A stretch of 60,638 nt of DNA from a virus: IMG/VR virus record IMGVR_UViG_3300045988_153078. One strand, 5' to 3'. Below, piece after piece: positions 38,201 through 48,476 of this stretch. Below the pieces are notes generated by a model. It saw only the letters and a program-made list of their open reading frames with translations. It did not search any database and was not told where the DNA came from. Position 1 is the stretch's first letter, and every line of letters starts with the position of its first letter. Position numbers and translations under genes: made by a program.

Positions 38201-40365
38201 TATGCATTTCTGGGGTAAACCGGACTGAACGTATAGGAATGTCTAAATATTGGCGTGATCTGAAAGGCAAGAAAGTTACTATTTCTTTTGATTACGAATA
38301 TAGTAATTTGGAATTAGGTGGTAATAGTAGAGTAGGACTTGAGGAAGGTGTATTTAAAGACGGAACATCAAACTATTATTATATAGGCGCATGGAAGTAC
38401 TTTGATTCTACCTCTTTAAAATCTGATTCAGGTAGATTTGTTCATACTATAACTGTTCCCAATGATATAGCAAATGCGGAAAATATAGGTATAAATTTCA
38501 TTACACAAATTGGGAACAATACTACTATGAAAATATGTAATCCGCAGATAGAAATAGGTGATACAGCTACAGGATGGAAGCCTGCACCTGAGGACGCTGT
38601 AGCAGTGGCCAAAACCTACACCGACTCAGAGATAAAAGTGACGAAAGGGTTAATTGAAAGCAAAGTCTCCCAAACCGATTTTGACGCTCTCGGACAGGTT
38701 GTATCCAATCAGGGCACTGAGATTTCTCAGACTAAGACGGATATTAACCTCGTATCAACTGTATCGGGTAATGCACGTTTGATTGCCCTTGCTATGAGTA
38801 AGGGGAAGATGCTTTATCGTGATCCGGAGTTTAGGAGCAGCACGAATGGCATTATTAGATATACTAATGGTGACACTGGAAATGTAGTTGTTGAGAGAAC
38901 GACGGATGTTAATCTGCCTAATCAATCCGGATATAAATTGAAGATTACAACTTCAGGACCTGCTACTCCGGGATTGGGTGGCTTCTATTTTGGAACTCAA
39001 ACAAGCGCTAATGCCGTATTTATAACTCGGTTTATTGCATGGATTCCCGCAGGACGTGCAGTTGGGTGGGCTTCAAATGCTACGGGTAACGGTGGTACAT
39101 CAAAATGGCTTACTAACAATGTTGGTACTGGTGATTGGGAAGAATATGCGTATTATGTCAAGTGCGGTTCAAGTGGGACATTCTCTTCTACTAACTTCTT
39201 TTATTTATATGGAGGTGATGGCAGTTTACCCGTCACCTGGTACCTTGCCTTTGCCACAGTATACGATGCCGGCTCTATTGATGACACTCCTACAAAGGAC
39301 GAACTAAAGACCGGTATTACTATTAAGCCGGGTGCTATCAATATATTCGGGCAGGATATCAGTATCGCCGGCATGGTTACTTTTTCCGGCTTGTCGGCAT
39401 CCGAACAGCAAAATTTCAAGGGTAATACAGGACCGCAAGGCCCGCAGGGTCCCCAAGGTCCAACTGGACCTACCGGTGCTACTGGTGCTACCGGATCTAT
39501 TGGACCTATTGGTCCGCAGGGACCGCAGGGATCTCAGGGGCCTAAAGGAGATAAGGGAGACACTGGTCCACAAGGACCTCAAGGACCGCAGGGATTCTTG
39601 GACGCTACCGCTATGCGTAACTTGCAGAATGATTTCGCAACGAAGCTCGGATACTCTTCGTATGATCAAATGGCTTCGTATGCTACTCAGGGAAAAACTA
39701 TTATCAATGGTGGATTGATTCGAACGAACTTGATTGATGCTACAGCTATCGTAGTTAATGCTCTGGCGGCTGGTCGAATTACAACTGGAAACATTACGGT
39801 AACGAATGGTGCTCAAATTGGGTATTTTACTATTCAAGATAACGGATTGTATTCAGATGGACTATCTACTGTGATTACGATGAAAAATTCTTCCGGTCAG
39901 GTTATTATAATACCTCAGATGATTACTATAACTCGTAATGACGGTGGAGCATCTATATCTACATCAGGTAATAGCTATGTGGATCTGAACGGTACAAATA
40001 TAAATCTTGCAGGCACCGTGGCAGTCAATATCAATAGTAAGTTGATTACTAATGGTATCGTCAAGATGACTCAGGGGTTAATATTTAGAACTCGGGTTAT
40101 ATCATCATCTATCGCTTTGGATAGTAGTGATTGCTTTGTTGTATGTACTAATTCTGGTAGTATAAATGTTACCCTTCCAGGATATCCAGAGGTTGGGCGA
40201 TTTATCTATGTTCGTAGAAGGAATGGAAGTGTAACTATTTATGGTGGAACAAGTAGTATTTACTCAAACAAAGTATTATCGTCAGCTACTTTAGGTAATA
40301 ACTCAGACCTATTTATGTTTGTCTTTGATGGGACATACTGGATTTTAAATTATTGTGGAGTTTAA
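35281..40365 (+). CDS. Large tail fiber / host-specificity protein with a collagen-like tract
   Basis: 1694 aa in the tail module; 19 uninterrupted Gly-X-Y triplets near the C-terminal quarter. Confidence 0.75.
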   Translation: MKKNISKIQWFGSEIENGKAKAPVISPDSMSHLEGLNQGEFYICNADEDPAIFIRTNRDNVVAFKLAADVDMEALKKVFLRKDQNDTTPYKLTIRGGIETGWDQSQAAPTASLSEDGILNAAAAILKEYISSPKFIPGFTGEGAKLYKDEAGNWTLECDIVTVRKMMKVFELIIQKIRSVNGALVISQSNSKVVEVTEDGEYYVLDFGDDQPTFQAHDLVRHQVFSGNEVEYYWVEIDRAEGSKVWILKSEFNGVVPKQDDELVQMGNTQNVARQSLIYLSAEEGSPQNEGLGEYSSLPATVEDETQTIHTIYSGTVDGKYFKSDLIVASDFSTASLNFYKSALLTSPVWTKLNATPYEFTLLQDLFYWNGGYVYVADIYSTGTLSAIGYSSDINNLFTGSMAVSDLDAGVNFYTYEKGNMGFDDDHFYIGWRGSKSSRDYMVKFAIDKSGTVTLYKEDMVYTKAMRISGNYMLSSDRLSLEVRNLKDSQFSVYDIDDTMTDAICYKSACFLVFTSKSYYSIENGSITKKEYDLGGKTIGTVSNSVLVSGVVYAYTTKGYVLTFKDGAQISTPELFADSEQNGEAGRIFNDGKNVIVDISTPNAYFAPVVQPVANGHPVIDILDGVNSKTFEGKLKTRIGYLGGITDTDFPASYQPSGYGIYSINAFLKGIFILRNGKTIEQEFESTNKEIDIAKTDAKAAQDRLNTWADDGVISPTEKTALKQEMEALKAERDSILANASRYGIDTVAYRNAFNDYYHVLETHSASEPENIPVSASFKALQQAYYDQQRVIIDAINSASYSYVGEKVKIETDTIMEALPGQITLAVKGEVSKVKVGDVNLLQDSNHTLSANPYQLGAYKYDVHLVKGKSYTLTVCYKCADSDGVLAYNNPSYGYLAYFNKSEEETIVSKKITPSYDDATYFYFYKLPEKQTTGTYVKWAVITEGDIGVANWIPSATEKKLNIGGENLCLNSGICISGVNRTERIGMSKYWRDLKGKKVTISFDYEYSNLELGGNSRVGLEEGVFKDGTSNYYYIGAWKYFDSTSLKSDSGRFVHTITVPNDIANAENIGINFITQIGNNTTMKICNPQIEIGDTATGWKPAPEDAVAVAKTYTDSEIKVTKGLIESKVSQTDFDALGQVVSNQGTEISQTKTDINLVSTVSGNARLIALAMSKGKMLYRDPEFRSSTNGIIRYTNGDTGNVVVERTTDVNLPNQSGYKLKITTSGPATPGLGGFYFGTQTSANAVFITRFIAWIPAGRAVGWASNATGNGGTSKWLTNNVGTGDWEEYAYYVKCGSSGTFSSTNFFYLYGGDGSLPVTWYLAFATVYDAGSIDDTPTKDELKTGITIKPGAINIFGQDISIAGMVTFSGLSASEQQNFKGNTGPQGPQGPQGPTGPTGATGATGSIGPIGPQGPQGSQGPKGDKGDTGPQGPQGPQGFLDATAMRNLQNDFATKLGYSSYDQMASYATQGKTIINGGLIRTNLIDATAIVVNALAAGRITTGNITVTNGAQIGYFTIQDNGLYSDGLSTVITMKNSSGQVIIIPQMITITRNDGGASISTSGNSYVDLNGTNINLAGTVAVNINSKLITNGIVKMTQGLIFRTRVISSSIALDSSDCFVVCTNSGSINVTLPGYPEVGRFIYVRRRNGSVTIYGGTSSIYSNKVLSSATLGNNSDLFMFVFDGTYWILNYCGV
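39421..39591 (+). repeat. Collagen-like Gly-X-Y repeat coding tract (19 triplets)
   Basis: [58 protein letters not shown]. Confidence 0.9.
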
Positions 40366-40381
40366 TATAAATATATAGAGT

Positions 40382-40720
40382 ATGAAAATAGATTTTAGAA
40401 AGATCGTGGTTAACGATATCGAAGGCAATGTCTTGATGAAAGAGGTTGAGAAGAAAGACTCTGATGGCAACATTGTCGGAACGGAGAGAGTGATTGATTA
40501 CAAAGATGTAAGCAAGGACTTAGGTAATGCTATTTATTTCAATGCGCGTGATATCCAGGAACAAGATTTAGGCCGGAAAATATATTTTGAAGGTGAAGTT
40601 GAAGTAGATGAATCTAACGTTGATTTGATTAGAGGATTATCAGATCAGATTTTCTTTGCTTATATAAAGTTTCCCCTCTTCAAATTGCTGGATTCAGCTT
40701 TGAATCAAAACAAAGAATAA
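40382..40720 (+). CDS. Hypothetical protein
   Basis: 112-aa ORF. Confidence 0.5.
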   Translation: MKIDFRKIVVNDIEGNVLMKEVEKKDSDGNIVGTERVIDYKDVSKDLGNAIYFNARDIQEQDLGRKIYFEGEVEVDESNVDLIRGLSDQIFFAYIKFPLFKLLDSALNQNKE

Positions 40721-40749
40721 ACTTATTATGAACTTAAAATTAAAATGTT

Positions 40750-41100
40750 ATGAACGAAGAGATTAAAATTGTAGCTACTGGTACAACAGAAGTAAATAGC
40801 TTTGAAGGAACTTCTTTAAGTATTCCGACCGTTAAATATTCGATCAGATATACTTCAATCAATGGTAACAAACAGTCGATATTTGTCGGTGTAACCGATA
40901 ATGCAACAGAAACGGTTCCGAACGCTGATGGAGATGGCACACACGAAGAGATCAGAGAAATGCAGTTGGGAGAGGTAAGATATGACCCGGTTCCAACTCC
41001 GCAGATAACTACTGTTAGTTTTATCTATACGAAGAACTTTGAATGTTATATGTCTGATATCCGTAAGATCATTGACCAGATCACCGGCGATAAGTCATAG
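40750..41100 (+). CDS. Hypothetical protein
   Basis: 116-aa ORF. Confidence 0.5.
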   Translation: MNEEIKIVATGTTEVNSFEGTSLSIPTVKYSIRYTSINGNKQSIFVGVTDNATETVPNADGDGTHEEIREMQLGEVRYDPVPTPQITTVSFIYTKNFECYMSDIRKIIDQITGDKS

Positions 41101-41214
41101 CATAAAAAAGCCCACCTCACCTTCACAGGCAAGATAGGCTCACGCATTTATCTAGTTTTAATCTAATTATGTAATCTGATTACAAATGTAGTATTATTAT
41201 TTAAAAAGACAAAT

Positions 41215-41682
41215 ATGCAAGACAAATCAATACATCAATTCTCTTCTGGTTTGTTTGCTCCTGTAGCCGGAAGTTTCGTAATGGAAGCTATAGAGCACAT
41301 GATCCCATGGTTGATCACTATGTTCTTTGTGATACTGTGTGATTTGGCTACGGGATGCAGGAAGAGCTTATTGATGGGTGAGCACGTGAGGTTTAGTAGG
41401 GCTTGGCGGGCTACAATGGGTAAGATGGTTACTTATTTTAGCTTTGTAATCATGGTGGTGATGATAAACGAGGCCAGTGGTGGAAGATATAACATTGATA
41501 TATTTGCTTGCTTATCTGTCTGCTTTATCGAAGGTTGCTCTATCATATCGAATATTCTTAAGCCCAAGGGATATGATTTTAATCTGATAGTAGCTATTGG
41601 GTTATTCGCTAAAAAGGTATTCAAGATAGAGAAAGAAGATTTAAAAGAGGTGATAACTAAAAAGGAGGAGGACAAAGAATGA
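41215..41682 (+). CDS. Holin (phage holin family, multi-TM)
   Basis: Several hydrophobic segments (IPWLITMFFVILCDLATG, VTYFSFVIMVVMI, FACLSVCFIEGCSIISN). Lies directly upstream of the amidase and overlaps it. Confidence 0.65.
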   Translation: MQDKSIHQFSSGLFAPVAGSFVMEAIEHMIPWLITMFFVILCDLATGCRKSLLMGEHVRFSRAWRATMGKMVTYFSFVIMVVMINEASGGRYNIDIFACLSVCFIEGCSIISNILKPKGYDFNLIVAIGLFAKKVFKIEKEDLKEVITKKEEDKE

Positions 41683-42272
41683 ATGATATGAAAGTTCTAA
41701 TTGACAATGGACATGGCGAGAATACACCGGGAAAGTGTTCACCGGACGGAAGGTTACGTGAGTGGGCTTATTCCAGAGAGATAGCGGATATGGTCGTTTT
41801 CGGGCTGAGAAAGCATGGTGTTGACGCGGAACGCATTGTGAAGGAGGACGTGGATGTTCCATTGTCTGAGCGTTGCAAACGTGCTAATAATATTTATCGC
41901 GATTCTCAAAAGAACGCTATTCTGGTATCCATTCATTGCAATGCGGCCGGTAACGGGACAAGTTGGATGAATGCTCGGGGATGGGGTGTATATGTCAGTG
42001 ATAATGCTTCTTTTAATAGCAAAAGGTTAGCTTCCTCCCTGGCACAAGCAGCAGTAAGTAAAGGTGTGACAGTACGCAAACAGACTCCGGATGTGGACTA
42101 TTGGGTGCAGAATTTGGCTATTTGCCGGGATACGAACTGCCCCGCTATATTGACAGAGAACTTCTTCCAGGACAACAAGGAAGACGTGGAGTTCTTATTG
42201 TCGGCTGAGGGCAAGCGGACTGTGGCAAATATTCACATAGAAGGTATTATTAACTATTTAAATTCAAAGTAA
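41679..42272 (+). CDS. N-acetylmuramoyl-L-alanine amidase (endolysin, Amidase_3-like)
   Basis: VLIDNGHGENTPGK, LSERCKRAN, ILVSIHCNAAGNG. Confidence 0.8.
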   Translation: MNDMKVLIDNGHGENTPGKCSPDGRLREWAYSREIADMVVFGLRKHGVDAERIVKEDVDVPLSERCKRANNIYRDSQKNAILVSIHCNAAGNGTSWMNARGWGVYVSDNASFNSKRLASSLAQAAVSKGVTVRKQTPDVDYWVQNLAICRDTNCPAILTENFFQDNKEDVEFLLSAEGKRTVANIHIEGIINYLNSK

Positions 42273-42273
42273 C

Positions 42274-42564
42274 ATGGCTCTAACAGATTTAACTTTCAGC
42301 AAACAGGGTGAAGCTTATGTATCGGCCCCTGTGCAACTTCAATCGGATGCAGGCCTTCATCTTGAATTTGCAAGTGAAGATAAGGAAAGAAATAACGTCG
42401 CTCTGTTTCAGAGTATGACAAATGTGAATTATGTTCCTTTCGGATCATATAACCATGTGGGTAGCACAATAGATGTTGCTATTACAGGAGTGATCCCGGG
42501 CATGTATATCAAAGTGCAGTCTATCTCACAGCCTACTTTGGCTAAAATTCTTGTATCGGAATGA
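42274..42564 (+). CDS. Hypothetical protein
   Basis: 96-aa ORF. Confidence 0.5.
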   Translation: MALTDLTFSKQGEAYVSAPVQLQSDAGLHLEFASEDKERNNVALFQSMTNVNYVPFGSYNHVGSTIDVAITGVIPGMYIKVQSISQPTLAKILVSE

Positions 42565-44021
42565 AAGTTTCAATCAATCAGGTAAAGATTAACCGCGTTG
42601 GCATTAACACGGCTCAGGTTAGGGGGATACGTTTGTCTTCTGCTGTTGCTGATCGTGGTCATAAGGTTGATTTTCCTCTCTCTGATTCCCTTGTGGATTA
42701 TTGGAATTTTGGAGGGAAATCCAATTTTGATAAGGATAGAACAACTGTAACAGGATTGTTGGGCAACGTACTAACAGCATATAACTTTGTATGGAGTTTA
42801 ATGTCAGGGTATGGAGGGTATAATGAAAATTATCTGACTTATTCTAAAGTTGAGAATGTGTTCGTAACAGATGACCATAGTATTACTATAATGAATTTTG
42901 TTCCGGCTAATAAATGGGTTGTTTCTAAATATGGTAATTCTGCATTTAAATCAACTAAGATAAAAGTAACCGGACTTACAGCTGATAATCAGTTAGAGTA
43001 TGGCTACTCTCCTTCATTGGAAGGAGCAAGAGTAATGATGCCAATACCAAAAGACGGAATATACGATTTGCCAGAAAGTGTAGTTAATCAAAATACATAT
43101 AGTATTGGATTCTTTCTTAGGAGTACATTAACTAAGAATGTAACAATTGAGCAAATTCCTCTATATGAAGGAGCTATTGTTACGGATGGTGTTGACGATT
43201 ATCTAAAGCTTGATAAAACAGGGTATAAAGTTGGAACAGTTATCTTTAAACATACTCCTATAAAGACAGGAGATTCAGTAAGATATGTATTTAATATAAA
43301 TACTACCAGTGTTTACGCATGTTATAGAATTGATTCTACGTTTGCAAATAATTTTAATAGATATAAAACTATAGAAGATTATACAGTTGGATTCATTACC
43401 ACTCCAAGATTAGCAGAAACTCCTTTAATTATTGGTTGTCATTCGTCTCTTAAAGAGTTTCTATCTATGGCTCTTTATAGTATTGCTATTTACGACAGAG
43501 CCCTATCTGATCAAGAAGTACAAGAAGTTATCAACTTCATCAATTACGGTAGCACCAATCCGATATTTGCGCTGAACTTTGATAATTTCGCCTATAAAGC
43601 AGTTGATTATCCAGATTTTGCTACTGGCAAAGTTACAACAAATAAAATTGTTGTAGATAGCACAACTGAGACCTTTAACGGTGCTATTGCGGTAGCTATG
43701 AATCCCGAAGCAGATACCGGAGATCCTATTGAAGTACCGTCTTACAAAATAAAAGTCACAGGACTTAATCAGTATAGTGTTGGTGAAGGTAATTGGGCAG
43801 TTGGATTAATGGGAATGATGATTGATTCAACTAAAGACCCTTGGACTTATCCTATATCTAAAGATGGAGTTTACGATATACCGGCAATTTCATTGAGTGA
43901 TGGGATTTATAATTTAGGAATAATGGCTCAAATCGCAATCGACAAGCCTATTGAGATAGAAGTCCTCTACGATAAGAATGTCACAAAGAGCTTTCCGGAG
44001 AACAAACAAATATTCCCTTAA
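42561..44021 (+). CDS. LamG/concanavalin-like lectin domain protein
   Basis: ALYSIAIYDRALSDQEVQEV resembles the terminal strand motif of LamG-type domains; 486 aa. Confidence 0.4.
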   Translation: MKVSINQVKINRVGINTAQVRGIRLSSAVADRGHKVDFPLSDSLVDYWNFGGKSNFDKDRTTVTGLLGNVLTAYNFVWSLMSGYGGYNENYLTYSKVENVFVTDDHSITIMNFVPANKWVVSKYGNSAFKSTKIKVTGLTADNQLEYGYSPSLEGARVMMPIPKDGIYDLPESVVNQNTYSIGFFLRSTLTKNVTIEQIPLYEGAIVTDGVDDYLKLDKTGYKVGTVIFKHTPIKTGDSVRYVFNINTTSVYACYRIDSTFANNFNRYKTIEDYTVGFITTPRLAETPLIIGCHSSLKEFLSMALYSIAIYDRALSDQEVQEVINFINYGSTNPIFALNFDNFAYKAVDYPDFATGKVTTNKIVVDSTTETFNGAIAVAMNPEADTGDPIEVPSYKIKVTGLNQYSVGEGNWAVGLMGMMIDSTKDPWTYPISKDGVYDIPAISLSDGIYNLGIMAQIAIDKPIEIEVLYDKNVTKSFPENKQIFP

Positions 44022-44037
44022 AGTTAATAAGAAAGTT

Positions 44038-44265
44038 ATGAAATACGTAATTGTAACAGTAGAATGGTGCCTGAATCACGGTGTTGTGGTCCCGGCACAA
44101 GCAAGAAGATCAGTTGACGGGTTGAAAGTTATCCTGCATGAAGATTATATCGATCCCGTCTTGAGAGAAGACGATGACATGATCTCGTACCGTCATGATT
44201 CGTCCGAGCTGAGGAGTATATTGAGCGGTCCTGAGTGGACGGTCCCACAAGAGGGGGGATTATGA
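44038..44265 (+). CDS. Hypothetical protein
   Basis: Start moved to ATG 44038 (MKYVIVTVEW...). ATGA overlap with the next gene. Confidence 0.45.
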   Translation: MKYVIVTVEWCLNHGVVVPAQARRSVDGLKVILHEDYIDPVLREDDDMISYRHDSSELRSILSGPEWTVPQEGGL

Positions 44266-44657
44266 AACGGTTGATATTTGTCGTTTTGCTGGTGTCGGCA
44301 ATGTGTTTCACCGGATGTAGGACTACTCAATACGTGCCGGTTGAAACCATTAAGACCGAGTATAAGACCCGTGACAGTATCCGTATTGACAGCGTGTACC
44401 GCCGTGACAGCATTTATGTAATAGACAGGGGTGATACAGTGTACACATACAAGGATCGATATCTCTATAAGTATTTATATCTTAATCGCATTGATACTGT
44501 GATTAGGACGGACAGTATCCAGATACCTTATCCGGTTGAAAAGGCGTTGACCAGATGGCAGAAGGCAAAGATAGAACTTGGCGGATGGGCATTTGGCGGC
44601 TTGATATGTATCGCTATTATTTTATTGTATATCTGCATTAAAAGGAAAGGAGGATAA
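44262..44657 (+). CDS. Candidate unimolecular spanin (N-terminal lipoprotein signal plus C-terminal TM anchor)
   Basis: MKRLIFVVLLVSAMCFTGC lipobox; C-terminal WAFGGLICIAIILLYICI followed by KRKGG. Confidence 0.45.
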   Translation: MKRLIFVVLLVSAMCFTGCRTTQYVPVETIKTEYKTRDSIRIDSVYRRDSIYVIDRGDTVYTYKDRYLYKYLYLNRIDTVIRTDSIQIPYPVEKALTRWQKAKIELGGWAFGGLICIAIILLYICIKRKGG

Positions 44658-44916
44658 TATGAAATAATATTCTGATTTGCCGGTGGTAGAATGCCGGCAT
44701 AGGAAACATCATTAACAAACGTGACTCTTTGGGGGATAGAGTAAAAATAACCCCCGACACATTAAAGTTGACGCCAATCAATACTTTAATATACCAAAGC
44801 ATACATCGGTTGTGTCAGGGGTATAATATCCTTAACATTCCAAAGTATGCTTTTGTTATTTTAGTATATTTGTACTGATTGGCAAAGGCAAAAATACAAC
44901 AAAAAATTAAATTACC

Positions 44917-45213
44917 ATGTGTAAGTCTGAAATTTTTGCCGAAATAATAAATCTTGTAGAAAAAGAGACTGAAGTTTCTACCGAACTAATCCTTTCATCA
45001 AGTAAAGTGACAGAAGTTGTTGATGCTCGTTCTATAGTAGCACATCTTCTTTCTGAATATGGGTTGTACCCCGAACAAATAGCTCCTCTATTGCACAAAA
45101 CATCAGCCAGTATCCGTTATCTTATATCCAATTTTGATAGGCGAAAAGATAGTAATAAAATGATTGCAATATATCTGCAAAATATTTGTAAATCACTTGA
45201 AAACAACGACTAA
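44917..45213 (+). CDS. DnaA C-terminal-domain-like HTH protein
   Basis: VVDARSIVAHLLSEYGLYPEQIAPLLHKTSASIRYLI resembles the Bac_DnaA_C helix-turn-helix. TAtaTTTG box at 44865-44872. Confidence 0.45.
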   Translation: MCKSEIFAEIINLVEKETEVSTELILSSSKVTEVVDARSIVAHLLSEYGLYPEQIAPLLHKTSASIRYLISNFDRRKDSNKMIAIYLQNICKSLENND

Positions 45214-45284
45214 TTTACCTTCCTTCTGATATCTATTTTTGTGATGCGGTTAATATTGACCGTATAATAACAAAATATAAAAAT

Positions 45285-46268
45285 ATGGGTGGAGATAAAA
45301 CTTTTGTATTCACGCCTGAAGCCGGCGCTTCGGGTGGTGGACTAAACTCAATCCTTGCAATGATCCCGGGGATGTTGAAAGGAAACGGACTTGATCCGAA
45401 CCTGGTTGCTGCTCTGATGAATGGAAACAAGAATCAAGATGCTTGGGGTGGCGGTGGCTGCTGGTGGTTGTGGATTATTGTATTGTTCTGGTTGTGGGGT
45501 GGAAATGGATTTGGCAATAACCGTAACGGTGGCGGACTTCCTTCAGAATTGAATAATGACGCCGGACGTGAACTGCTTATGTCAGCTATTCAAGGTAACG
45601 GGACTGCCATCAACCAATTGGCTAGTTCTTTGAACTGTTCTACTCAACAGTTACAGAGTGCATTATGTAATGTGCAAGGCGCTATTGACAAGATCGGTGG
45701 ACAGATCGGTATGTCCTCACAACAGATCATCAACTCCGTTCAGAGTATGGGTGCATCAATTGGTCAACAGATTGCAAGTTGCTGCTGCGATGTTCGTACA
45801 GCTATCGAAAGACAGGGCTCTGAAACTCGTTTACAGAATTGCCAGGATATGAACATCCTTACCAACACTATGACTCAAAACACAATGAATCTGCGTGATG
45901 GCAACTTGGCAAATACACAAGCTATTCTGAATAAGCTGAACGACTTCCAGTCTTTGTATCAAGCTGATAAAATGGATCGTTTGACTGCCGAAAACCTTGC
46001 TCTTAAAGGTCAGATTTCTCAGGCAAACCAAAATGCCTACATTTCTGCAACGATTCAGGCAAATACGGCTCCTATCGCCGGTGCTCTCAATAACTTGCAA
46101 AGTGAAGTTGATTCTATTAAGTGTAAGATGCCTCCAACTGTTTCTGTTCCATATCCGCAGCTCCAGGCTTTCAATCCTGAATGCTTCCGTGCTGCTGCAT
46201 TTGGAGCCTATGCCGGAGATGCAATGTATGGACGTAGTGGATGCGGATGTAATAACTACTGGGGTTAA
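45285..46268 (+). CDS. Unassigned protein: Gly/Trp-rich TM segment, Q/N-rich repeats, Cys-rich tail
   Basis: GGGGCWWLWIIVLFWLWGGNGFGNN; a long Q/N/S-rich region; CCCD; C-terminal GRSGCGCNNYWG. Confidence 0.55.
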   Translation: MGGDKTFVFTPEAGASGGGLNSILAMIPGMLKGNGLDPNLVAALMNGNKNQDAWGGGGCWWLWIIVLFWLWGGNGFGNNRNGGGLPSELNNDAGRELLMSAIQGNGTAINQLASSLNCSTQQLQSALCNVQGAIDKIGGQIGMSSQQIINSVQSMGASIGQQIASCCCDVRTAIERQGSETRLQNCQDMNILTNTMTQNTMNLRDGNLANTQAILNKLNDFQSLYQADKMDRLTAENLALKGQISQANQNAYISATIQANTAPIAGALNNLQSEVDSIKCKMPPTVSVPYPQLQAFNPECFRAAAFGAYAGDAMYGRSGCGCNNYWG

Positions 46269-46288
46269 CAGTAAGAAAGGAGGTAATT

Positions 46289-46705
46289 ATGTGGCCTAAC
46301 TTTTTTACAGGTTTCCCCTTCCTTTTTCCGACACTTGGAAGAAATAACCTGAATACCCTTCCTACTGTAGGGGTAACAGTCAGTACAGAAAATGTAGTTC
46401 TTGAACTTCCGAACCATGCTTTTCGCAATCGGGATTATGTCGGTGGATTTTATGTGAATCTGCGTCAGTCTATTCCTGCTGGAACAACAGGAACTTTGCC
46501 TGTACTGCTTGGAACGAATGGTGATACCAGACCTGTTCTGACTTATGACAATAAGCCTTTATTGGTTGAAAATTTGTCAGGAACGGGTATCTATGAAATC
46601 CATTACAACAAGTATTCAAATGAAGTATTTCTTGTAAGTGGAGGATATAAGGCATCGCCGACAGCTGCGTCTGCCGCCTCGGAAAGTGTCTCAAAAAGTA
46701 AGTAA
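46289..46705 (+). CDS. Hypothetical protein
   Basis: 138-aa ORF. Confidence 0.5.
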   Translation: MWPNFFTGFPFLFPTLGRNNLNTLPTVGVTVSTENVVLELPNHAFRNRDYVGGFYVNLRQSIPAGTTGTLPVLLGTNGDTRPVLTYDNKPLLVENLSGTGIYEIHYNKYSNEVFLVSGGYKASPTAASAASESVSKSK

Positions 46706-46755
46706 GAACTGAGAGTAGGGGATATTCCCCTGCTTTCTTAAAAGAGAAGTGATTT

Positions 46756-47286
46756 ATGTTCAAAGATTTAAATGAAGGTGCATTGGTTCATATAGTAGAT
46801 GCTACTAATATACCAATATATTATCAAGGTGTTCTTTCTAAAAAAGGTCCACAATACATTCCACAACCGCAACCAGGGCAACAATTTAATCCGATGATGC
46901 AAGTGTTTGATCTGGTTGTGTCTGTAAATGGTGGTAATCAGAATTTTAAAGGTGTACCTTGCATGTCAGAAATAGCGACACATGAGGGGGTTACAATTTC
47001 TTGTTCACAAAGTGCATTAAAGTCTGTTGTTGACGATATATATCGTAAAAGTGTCAATGCTATTCAAAATATTGATAAGGAGCGCAACACTAAAACAGCG
47101 TGTGAAAGTATTTTTGAACAAATTGATCCAAGTATTGCGAAAGCAAAGGATCAGGAAAAGAAGATTGCAGACCTTCAAAAAGAGCTATACGAGCTCAAGA
47201 AAGGTATTCCTACACTTGAAGATATTAAGGCACTCTTTATGCAATCTCAGAACAATAGTACTAACAACGTAAAAAAAGAAAAATAA
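46756..47286 (+). CDS. Hypothetical protein with a C-terminal coiled coil
   Basis: 176-aa ORF. Confidence 0.5.
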   Translation: MFKDLNEGALVHIVDATNIPIYYQGVLSKKGPQYIPQPQPGQQFNPMMQVFDLVVSVNGGNQNFKGVPCMSEIATHEGVTISCSQSALKSVVDDIYRKSVNAIQNIDKERNTKTACESIFEQIDPSIAKAKDQEKKIADLQKELYELKKGIPTLEDIKALFMQSQNNSTNNVKKEK

Positions 47287-47287
47287 T

Positions 47288-47551
47288 ATGGGATGGAGAG
47301 TATTTGGCGAAGGCCACAGCTTCGGTGACAACGAAGATATGGAACGCGAAGTAGAGCGTGCATACAAAGAAGGTTGCCGTGAAGGTTATGAAAAAGCCAT
47401 GCGGGAAATGAACCGTGGTGGATATGGCGAGCGTTACAACGACGGACGTATGAGCGGTGGCGATTACAATGATCGGGAATACGACAGGGATTCGTACGGG
47501 GAAAGACGTGGAGTCAGAGGTACGGGACCGTATTCAAGATATCGCCGATAA
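47288..47551 (+). CDS. Low-complexity R/G/Y/D/E-rich small protein
   Basis: GGYGERYNDGRMSGGDYNDREYDRDSYGERRGVRGTGPYSRYRR. Confidence 0.45.
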   Translation: MGWRVFGEGHSFGDNEDMEREVERAYKEGCREGYEKAMREMNRGGYGERYNDGRMSGGDYNDREYDRDSYGERRGVRGTGPYSRYRR

Positions 47552-47611
47552 CGATATGAAGGGGACGTTGTTCCCCTTCTTTAAATTGAAAACAATTAAA
47601 ATCTATTATAT

Positions 47612-48031
47612 ATGCATAGGGAAAGACTTGATATTTACGAGAAGAAGCCGTTTGGGATGGATGAATATCTAGCTAATAACGGATGGCATTTTAGCAAAAA
47701 GATGTGTGAGTTTGCTGTTTCTTTAATGGAGTGGAAGAACCAGAACGGAGAAAAAGAAAAGCTTCCCGCAATGTCTAAAGACGATGTGGACGCAATGTTA
47801 ACCAAATATGGTGTAACTCTTAAAAATAAGATTGGTTATGACTATGTATATGTAGCTAACATGTGCAAAGCCGACTTCCTTAAATCATCCGTACCAAACG
47901 AACAGTATCAGGCGTTGTACATCAAAGATACTATTGATGATCCGGATGGATACGACGGTAAGGAAATGACACGTTGGTATGCGGATACGATAGGAATGGG
48001 AATACCGGTTATGTGGTCTGATCTGATGTAA
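47612..48031 (+). CDS. Hypothetical protein
   Basis: 139-aa ORF. Confidence 0.55.
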   Translation: MHRERLDIYEKKPFGMDEYLANNGWHFSKKMCEFAVSLMEWKNQNGEKEKLPAMSKDDVDAMLTKYGVTLKNKIGYDYVYVANMCKADFLKSSVPNEQYQALYIKDTIDDPDGYDGKEMTRWYADTIGMGIPVMWSDLM

Positions 48032-48032
48032 A

Positions 48033-48476
48033 ATGATATACCGAAGGATATACATACAAAAATACGATTGGGTGGTTAATATATTCTATGCAGTCACTTG
48101 TTATTGGACATACCGGATCATGGAGTCCCTGGAAAGTATAGAATGTCCGGATGATATCCTCCGATCTTCATACCACAACTTGATGTCTTGCAAGCTGGAT
48201 ACTGGACTGACTTATTCGAATTATAATAGGAAAGAGAGCGTCATGGTAATAGGCAAGACATCATCTCCGGGGGAATTTCTTAACTCCTTTGATCATGAAA
48301 GAAAACATTTGGAAGCCCATATTGCACAGGCATACAGAATTTCACCATTTGGGGAAGAAATTGCCTATTTGTCCGGGGATATAGCACAAATGTTGATTAA
48401 AGACGTGCAACTGTTTATCTGTGATTGCGGAAAGCACAGAAGAATCATAAACGAACAATGTAAATGTCATGAATAA
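48033..48476 (+). CDS. Hypothetical protein
   Basis: 147-aa ORF. Confidence 0.5.
   Translation: MIYRRIYIQKYDWVVNIFYAVTCYWTYRIMESLESIECPDDILRSSYHNLMSCKLDTGLTYSNYNRKESVMVIGKTSSPGEFLNSFDHERKHLEAHIAQAYRISPFGEEIAYLSGDIAQMLIKDVQLFICDCGKHRRIINEQCKCHE

Noticed and set aside
39304-39837. 177-aa minus-strand and 128-aa plus-strand ORFs overlapping the collagen-like tract
   Set aside because: They are stop-free alternative frames produced by GC-rich GGN-CCN periodic DNA. The composition is R/S/L-rich and low-complexity. They lie entirely within the 1694-aa gene.
35281-40365. A diversity-generating retroelement targeting the fiber gene
   Set aside because: No reverse transcriptase ORF occurs anywhere in the window, and I saw no template/variable repeat pair.
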